A stretch of 64,000 bases of DNA from Candidatus Cryptobacteroides gallistercoris (GTDB lineage: Bacteria; Bacteroidota; Bacteroidia; Bacteroidales; UBA932), in NCBI GenBank assembly GCA_017694835.1, contig JADIMJ010000040.1:555-64554 (forward strand). The letters run 5' to 3'. Of the stretch, positions 18,658 through 29,500 are shown piece by piece. The position numbers were made by a program, and so were the translations under genes. The notes beneath the pieces are model-generated. The model was not told the origin of the DNA. It worked only from the letters and a program-made list of their open reading frames with translations, and ran no database searches. Numbering within the stretch: position 1 is the stretch's first letter; each line of letters starts with the position of its first letter.

Positions 18658-20811
18658 ATGAAAGCTTATTCAACACAAAACATCCGCAATGTGGTTCTTC
18701 TTGGCAGCAGCAAGTCAGGCAAGACCACATTATCTGAAGCCATGCTATTTGAAGGCAAGGTCATCGACAGGCGAGGGACTGTGGAGGCCGGCAATACGGT
18801 TTCGGACAATTCTGAGATAGAACAGACCAACCAGAGGTCCATATATTCGACCCCGCTCTATGCGGAATTCATGGATACCAAATTCAATATAATAGATACT
18901 CCGGGCTCCGATGATTTTGTGGGCGGGGCCGTTTCCGCATTCAAGGTGTGCGATACAGGTATCCTTGTGATGAATGCCCAGCAGGGCGTTGAGGTCGGCA
19001 CGGAGATTTTCGCAAGATATGCGGAACAGTACAATGTGCCGCTCATAGTGGCCGTCAATCAGCTTGACGGAGAGAAGGCATCCTGGGAGAACATGCTTGA
19101 GACGATGAAGGAAGCGTTCGGAAGCAAGCCGGCTGTTGTCCAGTTCCCTGCCAACCCGGGCACCGGCTTCGACGGATTCATAGATGTCCTGAAGATGAAA
19201 TACTATCATTTCAAGGATGACAACGGCACAAGGGAAGACCTGGAGATACCTGCTGAATATAAGGATGAGGCGGATGAACTGCGTGCCGCCCTCATCGAGA
19301 GGGCTGCCGAATATGACGACACTCTGATGGAGAAGTTCTTTGATACGGGAGAACTGTCTGAAGATGAAATCCGCAAGGGTCTCGGCCTCGGTCTCCGTTC
19401 CGGAGAAGTGATGCCTGTCTTCTGTCTTTCAGCCAAGAAGGACATCGGAGTCAAGAGACTGATGGAATTCACCATCAGGACAGCGCCGTCTCCGGCAGAA
19501 AGAACGGCCCGGACCGTGGACGGAAAAGAAATTGAATGCAAGCAGGATGCGCCGACATCTCTGTTCATCTATAAGACGGCGGTGGAGTCCCATCTGGGAG
19601 AAGTCGCATATTTCAAGGTGATGTCTGGAGAGCTTACCGAAGGCCAGGACCTTGAGAATCCTGCAACCGGCGACAAGGAAAGAATCTCTACGATATATGC
19701 TGTGGCCGGAAAGAAGAAAGAGAAGGTGACGGACCTCTATGCCGGTGACATAGGCTGTACCGTGAAGCTGCGCAATGCCAAGACCAATGTCACTCTTTCG
19801 CATCCCGGCACCGAGATTGAGTATGAGCACATCGTGTTCCCGGCCTCAAAGTTCCGCACGGCAGTGAAGGCCAAGGAGCAGAAGGATGAAGAGAAGATGG
19901 GCGAGGCCCTTGCAAAAATGTCCGCCGAGGACCCGACAATTATTGTTGAATATTCAAAGGAACTGAAGCAGACCATATTGTATGGGCAGGGAGAACAGCA
20001 TATCAATATCGTCCGTACCCGGCTCAAGAACGAGAACAAGATAGAGATAGAGCTTTTCCCTCCGAAGATTTCCTATCGCGAGACCATCACCAAGGTGGCC
20101 ACGGCAAATTACCGCCACAAGAAGCAGTCGGGCGGTGCGGGCCAGTTCGGAGAGGTGCATCTTCTTGTCTGCCCTATCGTCGAGGGCGTCGAAGCCACCA
20201 ACCGTTTCCGCATCGACGGCAAGGAGATGGTGCTGAACATCAAGAGCAAGGAGTCATTTGACCTTGAGTGGGGAGGAAAGCTTGAATTCTACAACTGTAT
20301 CGTGGGCGGGGCCATCGATGCCCGCTTCATGCCTGCCATCCTCAAGGGCATCATGGACAAGATGAGCGAAGGCCCTCTTACCGGGTCCCTTGCAAGGGAC
20401 ATCAGGGTCTATGTCTACGACGGAAAGATGCATCCGGTGGACTCCAACGAAATTTCATTCGTGCTTGCCGCCCGGAATGCCTTCAAGGAGGCTTTCCGCA
20501 ATGCCGGGCCGAAGATTATGGAGCCTATCTACAGCCTTGAAGTCATGACTCCTTCTGAATATATGGGGTCCTGCATGTCCGACCTCCAGAACCGCAGGGC
20601 CCTGATTGAAGGCATGGGCAGCGAAAAGGGATTCGATGTCATCAAGGCAAGGGTTCCGCTTGCCGAACTCTATAAATATTCTACTTCCCTGAGCTCCCTT
20701 ACTTCAGGAAGCGCCACCTTCACAATGCAGTTCGCCGACTATCAGCCGGTACCGGGCGATGTGCAGGAGAAGCTTCTGAAGGCATACATGGAGCAGGACA
20801 AGGACGAATAG
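18658..20811 (+). CDS. fusA2: Elongation factor G paralog EF-G2
   Basis: Divergent G1 GSSKSGKTT, DTPG, G4 NQLD (Lys lost), HKKQSGGAGQFGEV, domain IV insertion (EGVEATNRFRIDGKEMVLNIKSKESF), HPVDS. Confidence 0.9.
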   Translation: MKAYSTQNIRNVVLLGSSKSGKTTLSEAMLFEGKVIDRRGTVEAGNTVSDNSEIEQTNQRSIYSTPLYAEFMDTKFNIIDTPGSDDFVGGAVSAFKVCDTGILVMNAQQGVEVGTEIFARYAEQYNVPLIVAVNQLDGEKASWENMLETMKEAFGSKPAVVQFPANPGTGFDGFIDVLKMKYYHFKDDNGTREDLEIPAEYKDEADELRAALIERAAEYDDTLMEKFFDTGELSEDEIRKGLGLGLRSGEVMPVFCLSAKKDIGVKRLMEFTIRTAPSPAERTARTVDGKEIECKQDAPTSLFIYKTAVESHLGEVAYFKVMSGELTEGQDLENPATGDKERISTIYAVAGKKKEKVTDLYAGDIGCTVKLRNAKTNVTLSHPGTEIEYEHIVFPASKFRTAVKAKEQKDEEKMGEALAKMSAEDPTIIVEYSKELKQTILYGQGEQHINIVRTRLKNENKIEIELFPPKISYRETITKVATANYRHKKQSGGAGQFGEVHLLVCPIVEGVEATNRFRIDGKEMVLNIKSKESFDLEWGGKLEFYNCIVGGAIDARFMPAILKGIMDKMSEGPLTGSLARDIRVYVYDGKMHPVDSNEISFVLAARNAFKEAFRNAGPKIMEPIYSLEVMTPSEYMGSCMSDLQNRRALIEGMGSEKGFDVIKARVPLAELYKYSTSLSSLTSGSATFTMQFADYQPVPGDVQEKLLKAYMEQDKDE

Positions 20812-20848
20812 GCGCGTATGCAGCAGATCCGCCGTGTATGTCGGCGGC

Positions 20849-20892
20849 AAAAGAGAGAGGGAACACCCGGAAAGGCCGTTCCCTCTCTTTTG
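20849..20892. terminator. Bidirectional intrinsic terminator between fusA2 and porin
   Basis: AGAGAGGGAAC...GTTCCCTCTCT stem flanked by A-run and T-run. Confidence 0.8.
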
Positions 20893-20908
20893 TAATATAG
20901 GCCTGAGC

Positions 20909-22240
20909 CTATAGCCCGAGCTCTACCTGGAAGCGGAGCATCCACCGGTCATAGTCAGGAGTGACGGCTTTGTTGCGGTAGTTGTAGGACAGGTCCATCT
21001 GAATCTTGAGGCTGTGGCCGATGAGGTAGCGCGTCACGCCGATTGTGCTCTGGTTCCAGCTTGCATATCCCAGGAAAGTCTGTACTGCGGCATCAGGGAG
21101 CATTGTGGAATTGCGCAGGGCGACTTCCCATTTCTTGTCGAAGAGGTAGCTGGTCTGCACATTGAGTCCAGAGCCGGTGTAGATGAATGCCGGGGAGCCG
21201 TTTCCGGCCGCAGGGTCGCTGACAATCGGGCTCGGGCAGTGCCTTCCCATGAAATCAGTCACGAAGGCGAAGCCCCTGTACTTGAGAATGAAGTCGACAT
21301 AGTACGAGCCGATGTTCCTCGGGTCGCTGAAAAGGGCCCCTTTCATCCCCTGCGTCCTGAGCGCATTGTTGTTGAATGTGTATGCCCCTGCAAGCATTAT
21401 CTTGACATTGTCTTCTCCTGCCACATCTCCTTCAAGCAGTTCTCCGTTGGAGTGGAACCGGCCGCATGGATAGAGTTCAAGGCGCCCGGTATAAGCGAAA
21501 CCGGAGACATCCGAAGAGTTGAAGTTGCGCCCTTCTCCGAGGGTCACGGACCCTTTTGCCGACAGGGCGAAGGAGTCGAAGTCCCCGTAGTTGTACTCGC
21601 CGAAGAATCCGAAGTCCCTGTCCCCGCCGAACTCGCTGTTCACGATGCTCCTGTCGATGAACTGGAGGGCGCTGGAGGAATTGACCCTTGCCCTGTTGGC
21701 CTTGATTTTGGTCTGGCCAAAGCCGATGTTCCATTTCGGACTCGGGACATAATAGACGATGGCGTCGCGGATGAGGTTCATGTTGCCGTTCGGAATCATT
21801 TCAGTGTCATAGCTGCTGAAACCGAGCTGGATGGAATATACAATCTTCGGGGAGAATATGTATCCGTCGAACCTGAGCCTGAGTCTCTTGACCTGGGCGT
21901 CGGTTGAAGTGAGCCCCATGTGCCTGTTGAATGAGAGCCCGACCATGTTCTGCATCCGGAAGCGCAGGGTCATTTCATATGAATTGTTCTTCGGGCGGAA
22001 TGTCACGCCCTTGCCGACCTCGATGTTCGGGAGGTTGAGCAGTCTCTCCATGATGTCGGTGCGTCCTCCGTCGATGGAGTCTGTCACGAAGCTCTGGAAA
22101 TTCCGGAAACTGCCGGATTCTCCGGAAGGGGAGGGCGATGCTTTCTCTGCTGCGGATGTCCGGAAAGATGCCGCCGCAATCATTATGAATATGGAAAGCA
22201 GAGCCGCCGCCGGCTTCATGAATAAGTCAATAGTCTTCAT
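20909..22240 (-). CDS. Phosphate-selective porin OprO/OprP-like
   Basis: KRLRLRFDG, FGQTK, SSSALQFIDRS, DRDFG, C-terminal RFQVELGL. Confidence 0.8.
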   Translation of the reverse strand: MKTIDLFMKPAAALLSIFIMIAAASFRTSAAEKASPSPSGESGSFRNFQSFVTDSIDGGRTDIMERLLNLPNIEVGKGVTFRPKNNSYEMTLRFRMQNMVGLSFNRHMGLTSTDAQVKRLRLRFDGYIFSPKIVYSIQLGFSSYDTEMIPNGNMNLIRDAIVYYVPSPKWNIGFGQTKIKANRARVNSSSALQFIDRSIVNSEFGGDRDFGFFGEYNYGDFDSFALSAKGSVTLGEGRNFNSSDVSGFAYTGRLELYPCGRFHSNGELLEGDVAGEDNVKIMLAGAYTFNNNALRTQGMKGALFSDPRNIGSYYVDFILKYRGFAFVTDFMGRHCPSPIVSDPAAGNGSPAFIYTGSGLNVQTSYLFDKKWEVALRNSTMLPDAAVQTFLGYASWNQSTIGVTRYLIGHSLKIQMDLSYNYRNKAVTPDYDRWMLRFQVELGL

Positions 22241-22437
22241 ACAATACAAAATGTCTGCAAACTCAGGCGCAAAAATATTTTTGAAAAATGTAACGAATCT
22301 GAATTCAGGCTTACAATCTGCAAAATTCGTTATTTTTGTTAAATGAATATTAAAACCGGCAACAGAATTTTATTTCTGCTGCAACATTTTGTCACCTTGG
22401 CAGGTCTAACCTGCAAACAATATAAAATAATTTTGCT

Positions 22438-22860
22438 ATGGTAGAAATCATTGTCCCAATCGGGGTATGCGTCGTATTGCCCGTAATGGTAGTGTGGCTT
22501 GTGTTCAGGTCCAGGAATCATATTGTCGACAGGAAGGCGGAAGTTCTTCTCAAGGCGATTGAGAACGGACAGGATATTGACCCTGAGATGTTCGCTTCGG
22601 ATGACAGGTCCAAGAGAAGTGACAGGTCCAAGAGAAGCCTGAAAATGAATCTTCTCGGCAGACTTCAGACGGGAATCATTCTTGTCATTATGGGGGCGGG
22701 GCTGGTTGCCTGTGCCATGGTTATTCCGGACAAGACTTATCTTTTCATCATTGCATGTATCCTTCTTGCCCTCGGCATAGGTTTCTTTGTGTCGTTCTTT
22801 GTCGGCAGGAAATGGATGGAAGCAGAAATCAAGGCGGAAGAAAATAAGGCTCTGCGGTAG
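22438..22860 (+). CDS. DUF6249-like membrane protein
   Basis: IVPIGVCVVLPV..LKAIENG, three TM segments, upstream of ECF sigma. Confidence 0.75.
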   Translation: MVEIIVPIGVCVVLPVMVVWLVFRSRNHIVDRKAEVLLKAIENGQDIDPEMFASDDRSKRSDRSKRSLKMNLLGRLQTGIILVIMGAGLVACAMVIPDKTYLFIIACILLALGIGFFVSFFVGRKWMEAEIKAEENKALR

Positions 22861-22862
22861 TA

Positions 22863-23363
22863 GTGGACAAGGCGCAATTCATAGAGATGGTGTCGCGCGA
22901 GCAGGAATCTTTGCGGAGGTTCCTGTGCGTGCTGTGCAGGGGTGATGCGTTCCGGGCCGATGACATAGCGCAGGAGGCGCTTCTGAAAGCCTATATGTCC
23001 TTCGGGAAATTCGAGGGCAGGGCAAAGTTTTCGACATGGCTGTTCAGGATTGCCTATAATTGCTTTTATGACAATCGGGCGGCAAGCGTGAAGACGGAAG
23101 GGGAGCCGCTCGGTCCGCAGCACGAGAAATTGGCTGCAGATGACGGCCGGTCCGTGCGCGGATTCGAATATCAGGAACTTTACAGGGCCATCGGAGACCT
23201 TCCTGAAAAAGAGCAGGCTGTCATTCTTCTTTTCTATATGGAGGAAAAGTCTATCAAGGAGATAGAAGCTATTACAGGGATGCCGTCCGGTACGGTCCGC
23301 TCTCATCTTTCCAGGGCCCGGGCGCATCTGAAGAATTTTTTGGTCAGGATGGAAAATGTATGA
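22863..23363 (+). CDS. ECF RNA polymerase sigma factor
   Basis: ADDIAQEA, FSTWLFRIAYN, SIKEIEAITGMPSGTVRSHLSRAR; GTG start. Confidence 0.95.
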   Translation: MDKAQFIEMVSREQESLRRFLCVLCRGDAFRADDIAQEALLKAYMSFGKFEGRAKFSTWLFRIAYNCFYDNRAASVKTEGEPLGPQHEKLAADDGRSVRGFEYQELYRAIGDLPEKEQAVILLFYMEEKSIKEIEAITGMPSGTVRSHLSRARAHLKNFLVRMENV

Positions 23364-23386
23364 CTCTGGTCAGCAGGTCATAAAAA

Positions 23387-23779
23387 ATGCAGAATATGTC
23401 GACAGATAAGGAAATAAGGCAGTTCATCAGGGAGAACATGCCGGAGATAAAGGGAGGGGACAAGTTCATGGCGGAGCTCGTCAGGCAGATAGAGCTTCTT
23501 CCGGTGCCGGCTTCACTGGCGGGAAAGTCGGAGGCGGAGATACGGACGGCCATGGATCTGATAGCTGCAACAGCCCGCAGAATCAAGCGCCGCAACAGGC
23601 TCAAGGCAGTATCGGCAGCGGCTGTCACGGCTGTGCTTCTGGGCGCAGTGCTTGCTGTATATTATCTTGTTCCTGACATCAGGCAGTTTGTGCAGCAGCA
23701 TTTTGTATATATCTTTGCCGGGTTTGCGGCAGTAGTGCTTGCCGTGGCGTTGCTGAGCCTCCGTCACGACAGGGTCTGA
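23387..23779 (+). CDS. Two-TM membrane protein, probable anti-sigma factor
   Basis: Follows ECF sigma; cytoplasmic N-terminus plus 2 C-terminal TMs; 3' end overlaps rsmA by 16 bp. Confidence 0.6.
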   Translation: MQNMSTDKEIRQFIRENMPEIKGGDKFMAELVRQIELLPVPASLAGKSEAEIRTAMDLIAATARRIKRRNRLKAVSAAAVTAVLLGAVLAVYYLVPDIRQFVQQHFVYIFAGFAAVVLAVALLSLRHDRV

Positions 23780-24612
23780 CTGAATTTCAGGGTGAGGGCG
23801 ATGAAATCCCCGACGCCTAACCTTTCCGGGCGCAGGCTGAAGACAGGGTCTGAGACAAATGCTTCCGCCTGTCCCTCTGTCCATCCTTCCTTTGCCGCCT
23901 TGTCCATGATGAGCGGCTTGAGCGAGTTGCGGAGCGTCTTGCGCCTCTGGTTGAAAGATGTCTTTACGACGGTCTTGAACAGACTTTCGTCGCATCCGAG
24001 GCTTGTCCGGCTGTTGCGGGTGAGCCTGATGACGGCTGACTTTACCTTTGGAGGCGGGTTGAATGCACCCTCTCCGACAGTGAACAGATATTCAATGTCA
24101 TACCAGGCCTGAAGCAGGACAGAGAGTATGCCGTATGTCTTTGTCCCCGGCTTTTCCGCTATCCTCTCGGCCACTTCCTTCTGTATCATGCACACCACCT
24201 GCGGCACTGAATCCTTGTAGTCGAGTATCTTGAAGAATATCTGCGAAGAGATGTTGTAGGGGAAATTGCCTATGACGCAGAAGTCTCCGCTGAAGAAATT
24301 CTCAAGCCTGAGCTTCAGGAAATCCGCCTCTATCAGGCTTCCGTTCACCTGCGGGAAATTCACGAGGAGGTAGTCCACCGATTCCCGGTCTATCTCTACC
24401 ATCTTCAGGTTCAGCTCAGGCCTCTGCAGCAGATATTGTGTCAGCACCCCCATTCCCGGGCCGACTTCAAGGACATCTGTCCTGCCGGGAACTGCCTGAC
24501 AGCCGTCTTCGGCAGTCTTGTCCGGGACAATCAGAGCATCGGCAATCTGCCGTGCGACGGACAGGTCAGTGAGAAAATGCTGACCCAAGGATTTTTTTGC
24601 CCTTACTTCCAT
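23764..24612 (-). CDS. rsmA: 16S rRNA m6(2)A1518/1519 dimethyltransferase
   Basis: KKSLGQHFL, EVGPGMG, GNFPYNISS, FNPPPKVKS, FNQRRKTLRNSL. Confidence 0.97.
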   Translation of the reverse strand: MEVRAKKSLGQHFLTDLSVARQIADALIVPDKTAEDGCQAVPGRTDVLEVGPGMGVLTQYLLQRPELNLKMVEIDRESVDYLLVNFPQVNGSLIEADFLKLRLENFFSGDFCVIGNFPYNISSQIFFKILDYKDSVPQVVCMIQKEVAERIAEKPGTKTYGILSVLLQAWYDIEYLFTVGEGAFNPPPKVKSAVIRLTRNSRTSLGCDESLFKTVVKTSFNQRRKTLRNSLKPLIMDKAAKEGWTEGQAEAFVSDPVFSLRPERLGVGDFIALTLKFSQTLS

Positions 24613-24736
24613 ATTGTCGTCTTTTCATTCACAGATGTGCAAAGATAAGAAGACCTGTTGATTTCTGGAATCTTCGCGCCGGCCTTCTGAATAATTTTGT
24701 ATTTTTGCAGGTTGTTTGGAAATAATATTTACAGAT

Positions 24737-26509
24737 ATGTACAGAACTCATACTTGCGGGGAACTCCGCATTTCTGATGTCGGGAAGACAGTGACTCTTG
24801 CCGGATGGGTGCAGAGGACGAGGAAACTCGGCGGAATGACTTTCATCGATCTGCGCGACAGATACGGTATCACACAGTTTGCCGTGGACAGCACAGCTGC
24901 CGAAGAACTTCAGTCCGCAGCCAATTCCCTCGGCCGCGAATATGTCATACAGGCCACGGGGGAAGTCATCGAGCGTCAGAGCAAGAATGCCAAGATGCCG
25001 ACGGGAGACATTGAAATCAGACTTTCCGGACTGAATGTACTGAACAAGGCCCAGACTCCGCCTTTTACCATCGAGGACGAGAGTGACGGAGGCGAGGAGC
25101 TCAGGGCGAAGTACAGGTATCTTGACCTCAGGAGAAATCCTCTCCGGAAGGCTCTGGAACTGCGTCACAGGCTCGCCCATGAAGTCCGCAACTATCTTGA
25201 CGGACTCGGGTTCATGGAAATAGAGACTCCGTATCTCATCAAGTCCACTCCGGAAGGTGCCCGCGACTTTGTCGTTCCTTCAAGGATGAATCCCGGACAG
25301 TTCTATGCCCTGCCGCAGTCGCCGCAGACATTCAAGCAGCTGCTGATGGTGGCCGGGTATGACAGATATTTCCAGATTGTCCGCTGCTTCAGGGATGAGG
25401 ACCTGAGGGCAGACCGTCAGCCGGAGTTCACGCAGATAGACTGTGAGATGTCTTTCGTGGAGAGGGACGATGTGCTCAATACTTTTGAGGGGATGATGCG
25501 CACCCTGTTCAAGAATGTGCTCAATGTCGACATCCCGAATCCTATACCCCGCATGAGCTGGTTCGACGCAATGGACAGGTACGGGTCCGACAAGCCTGAC
25601 ATCAGATACGGGATGACAATCCATGAAATCACTTCCGATGTCCAGGGCCACGGTTTCTCTGTGTTCGATTCCGTGGAATATGTCGGGGCAATCGCCGTCG
25701 AAGGCCTTGCTTCATATACGAGGAAGCAGCTTGACGAGCTGACGGAGTGGGTGAAGAGACCGCAGGTGGGAGCCAAGGGTCTTGTATATATAAAAGTCAA
25801 TACTGACGGCAGCATAAAGTCTTCTGTGGACAAATTCTATACTCCGGAGGAACTCAAGGCTGTGGCGGAAAAGGCCGGAGCAACGGCCGGAGACCTCGTG
25901 CTTGTGCTCTGCGGGCCGAAGCGCAAGACTCAGACCATGCTCGGAGTGCTCCGCATCGAAATGGGAGGCAGGCTCGGCCTGCGTGACCCTCATGTCTTCG
26001 CCCCGCTTTGGGTGGTGGACTTCCCTCTCCTTGAGTGGGACGACGAGACAAGCCGCTTCTATGCAATGCATCATCCGTTCACGGCTCCGAAGCCGGAGCA
26101 GCTTGACCTGTTCTACAGTGACAAGAAGGAAGACCTGGAGAAAGTCTGTGCCAATGCGTATGATTTCGTGCTGAACGGCACTGAGCTTGGCGGAGGGTCC
26201 ATCAGGATACATGATGCCAAGGTTCAGCAGAGGATGTTCGAGGTGCTCGGATTCTCAGATGAGGATGCCCAGTATAAGTTCGGCTTCATCATCAACGCCT
26301 TCAAGTTCGGGGCTCCGCCTCACGGAGGACTTGCATTCGGCTTCGACCGCATGTGCGCCCTCTTCGGGGGACAGGAGACTATCCGCGACTTCATCGCCTT
26401 CCCGAAGAACAATCAGGGCCGCGATGTGATGATAGATTCTCCGTCATACATAGACCAGGTGCAGATGGATGAGCTCTGTCTGGTGTCCACGGCAGAAAAT
26501 AAGAAATGA
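24737..26509 (+). CDS. aspS: Aspartate-tRNA ligase
   Basis: [49 protein letters not shown]. Confidence 0.99.
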   Translation: MYRTHTCGELRISDVGKTVTLAGWVQRTRKLGGMTFIDLRDRYGITQFAVDSTAAEELQSAANSLGREYVIQATGEVIERQSKNAKMPTGDIEIRLSGLNVLNKAQTPPFTIEDESDGGEELRAKYRYLDLRRNPLRKALELRHRLAHEVRNYLDGLGFMEIETPYLIKSTPEGARDFVVPSRMNPGQFYALPQSPQTFKQLLMVAGYDRYFQIVRCFRDEDLRADRQPEFTQIDCEMSFVERDDVLNTFEGMMRTLFKNVLNVDIPNPIPRMSWFDAMDRYGSDKPDIRYGMTIHEITSDVQGHGFSVFDSVEYVGAIAVEGLASYTRKQLDELTEWVKRPQVGAKGLVYIKVNTDGSIKSSVDKFYTPEELKAVAEKAGATAGDLVLVLCGPKRKTQTMLGVLRIEMGGRLGLRDPHVFAPLWVVDFPLLEWDDETSRFYAMHHPFTAPKPEQLDLFYSDKKEDLEKVCANAYDFVLNGTELGGGSIRIHDAKVQQRMFEVLGFSDEDAQYKFGFIINAFKFGAPPHGGLAFGFDRMCALFGGQETIRDFIAFPKNNQGRDVMIDSPSYIDQVQMDELCLVSTAENKK

Positions 26510-26530
26510 AAAATCTTGGGGGCGGGTGGT

Positions 26531-29500
26531 TTACCATCCGCCTCCAAGTGCTTTATAGAGTTCCGTCAGCGCTATGTACTCGTTGGCAATTGCGTTGCTG
26601 AGTTCGACCTGGGCGTCAAAATAGCTTCTCTGGGCGTCCAGCACATCGAGATAGTTCAGGATTCCGTTGATATATTGTGAGCTGGCCAGAGATACATATT
26701 TGCGGGACGCTTCCTGAAGGTCGAACTTCAGGTTGGTGTTCTCCCGTGCGGAATTGAATGTGACTACGGCATCATAGACTTCCTTGACGGCCTGCATCAC
26801 ATTCTTTTCATATTCAAGCTTGGCCTGATTGTATTCGGAAATTGCCGCCCTGAATGCTGCCTTGCGCTTGCCGAATTCAAAAATCGGTGATGCAATCCCT
26901 GCAGCGGCGTAATAGAACGGGGACTTCAGCACATCGAGGAATGAATTGCTTTCAAGGCCTCCGGAAAGGTCGATGACGAAAGTCGGAAACCGCTCTGCCT
27001 GCGCCACTCCTACTGCGGCCTCGGCTGCCCTGAGCCTTTGCCATGATTCCATGAGGTCCGGACGGCGCTCCAGAAGCTGTGACGGGATGCCGGTCGGCAA
27101 AATGTCCCTGTATGACAGTTCCAGCACCTGCCTCGGCCTCTTCATTTCGTGCGGATAGGTGCCTGTCAGAAATGCCAGTTCGCTTTCCTTGACGGCAACT
27201 TTCCTTTCAAGGTCAGGGACAAGGGACGCTGTGGTGGCCAGTTCCACAAGGGCCTGCTGGTGCGGGATTTCTGATGTCAGGCCTCCGTCAGCGCGGAGTT
27301 TGGCCTGCTTGACTCCTTCCTGGCGTGTCTCCAGTGTGCGTCTGACAATTTCTAGTTCGTTGTCGAGGGAAAGAAGTTCGAAATATGTCTTGGCTACTTC
27401 AGAGACAAGGGTCATCTGCAGAGCCCTCTGCGCCTCTATGCTTGCCAGATATTCGGCCATCTTTTCCCTGCTGGCCCACCTGAGGTGTCCCCAGATGTCG
27501 ATTTCCCATCGCAGGGCGATTTTCGGACCGAGCTCGGGATCATTCGGATTTGCCTCATTACCGCCGTAATTGTTGTATTCATTGTTGGCATATGCCTTGG
27601 CGGAAATGGACGGCCAGAGTTCTGACCTCTGGATTCTGTACCTGCATTCAAGTTCCCGGATCCGTTCAGCTGCAATCAGCATGTCCTTGTTGTACTCGAG
27701 GGCCTGCTTTATGAAATTCTGGAGGGTGGTGTCGGCATACAGTTCCCACCATTTCACATCTGCCAATGTCAGCGAGTCTGCTGCAGGGGATGCCGCCATA
27801 TACTGTTCCGGCAGATTGAGTTCAGGCTCGGCACAATGTTTTGCCGGCGAGCATGAGGCTGCCGAGGAGCCTGCTATGATGACGGCAGCTATGACGGCTG
27901 CCCCGGACCCTGTGACTTTGGATTTTCCGGACATCTTGTTCTTGAGTTTATATATCCATACGAAGAAGAACGGCACGAATGTGATGCCAAGCGTTATGGC
28001 CACAATCATTCCGAAGAATACTCCGGTACCGATGTTCTGGCGGCTGGCGCTTCCAGGCCCAGTGGCGAATACGAGAGGAAGCATGCCGAGGATGAAGGCG
28101 AGGGATGTCATCACGATAGGCCTGAACCTGAGGTGTGCGGCCGTGACGGCAGCCTCTTCTATCGGTTTCCCTTTTTCTACCTCTTCTTTGGCGAATTCTA
28201 CGATGAGGATGGCATTTTTCGCCACAAGTCCCACAAGCATCACAAGTCCGATCTGGAAATACACATTGCTTTCCAGGCCGACAATCCAGATGCCGAGATA
28301 TGCTCCGGCAATGGCAATCGGCAGGGAGAGGATTACTGCAATCGGCACTGACCAGCTCTCATACTGGGCGGCGAGCACGAGGAATACGAACAGAAGCGCA
28401 AGTCCGAGCACAAGTCCTGTCTGGCCACCTTCTTTCTTCTCCTGGAATGAAAGTCCGCTCCATTCTATGTCAATGTTGGACGGCAGGTGTTCATCTGCGA
28501 TTTCCTCCAGGATGTCCATCGCCTGCCCGGAGCTGACTCCATGTCCGGCCTCTCCGGTGATTGTGGCCGAGTAGTACATGTTGAATCTCTTGATGGTGCC
28601 GGGGCCTGTGGTGTACTGGGTGTTGCCGAGGGCCGTCACCGGAATCATGGCTCCGCTGTCGCTCTTGACGAAGAACAGGTTGAGGTTGTCCTTGTGTGCC
28701 CTGTACGGGGCATCTGCCTGGAGGTATACCCTGTAGACACGGTTGTACATGTTGAAGTCATTCACATATATTGAGCCGGTGAAGGCTTTCAATGTGGAGA
28801 ATACATCGGACAGGGGAACTTCCAGAAGCTGTATCTTGTCCCTGTCGGCGTCAAAATAGAGCTGCGGGATATTTTTCTGGATTCCGGAGGCAAGTCCGGT
28901 GAGTTCTTTCCTTTGGGAAGCGTAGAAAAGAAGGGTGTCCGCCGCAGCCTGAAGGTCGTCATATGTGGCGTCGCCGCGGGCTTCAAGCACCATGGAGAAA
29001 CCTCCTGAAGTGCCGAGTCCCGGGATTACTGCAGGACTGCTGATATAGACCTTGCTTTCAGGATACAGGGAAAGGGTGTCCCGAACCATCTGCATCATCT
29101 TGTTGATGTCGGTCTCTTCGCGCTCGTTCCATGGCTTCATTATGACAGTCAGGGTGCTGTTGGACTGGCTCGTGCCGATTCTCGGGCTTGAGCCCGTCAC
29201 ATTCAGCACATATTCTATGTCATGCTGCCTGAGCAGGAAATCCATGGCACGGTCGGTGACTTCCCTTGTCCTTTCGAGAGTCGCGCCTACGGGAAGCTCA
29301 AGCTCCACGGTGAAATAGCCCTGGTCTTCCTGAGGCATGAAACTCTTGGGCACAAGCTGTGAAAATGCCCAGATGCATACCACAGTCACCCCGAAGAGGA
29401 CAAACATTCTCGGGGAGTGCCTCAGGCTGGCATGTATGACTTTGGCATAAAACGAATTGCCGGCATCGAATCCCTGGTTGATCTTGCGGAAAAGGAAATT

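Noticed and set aside
22285-22320. Pho-box-like repeats upstream of the phosphate porin
   Set aside because: Match too degenerate to support
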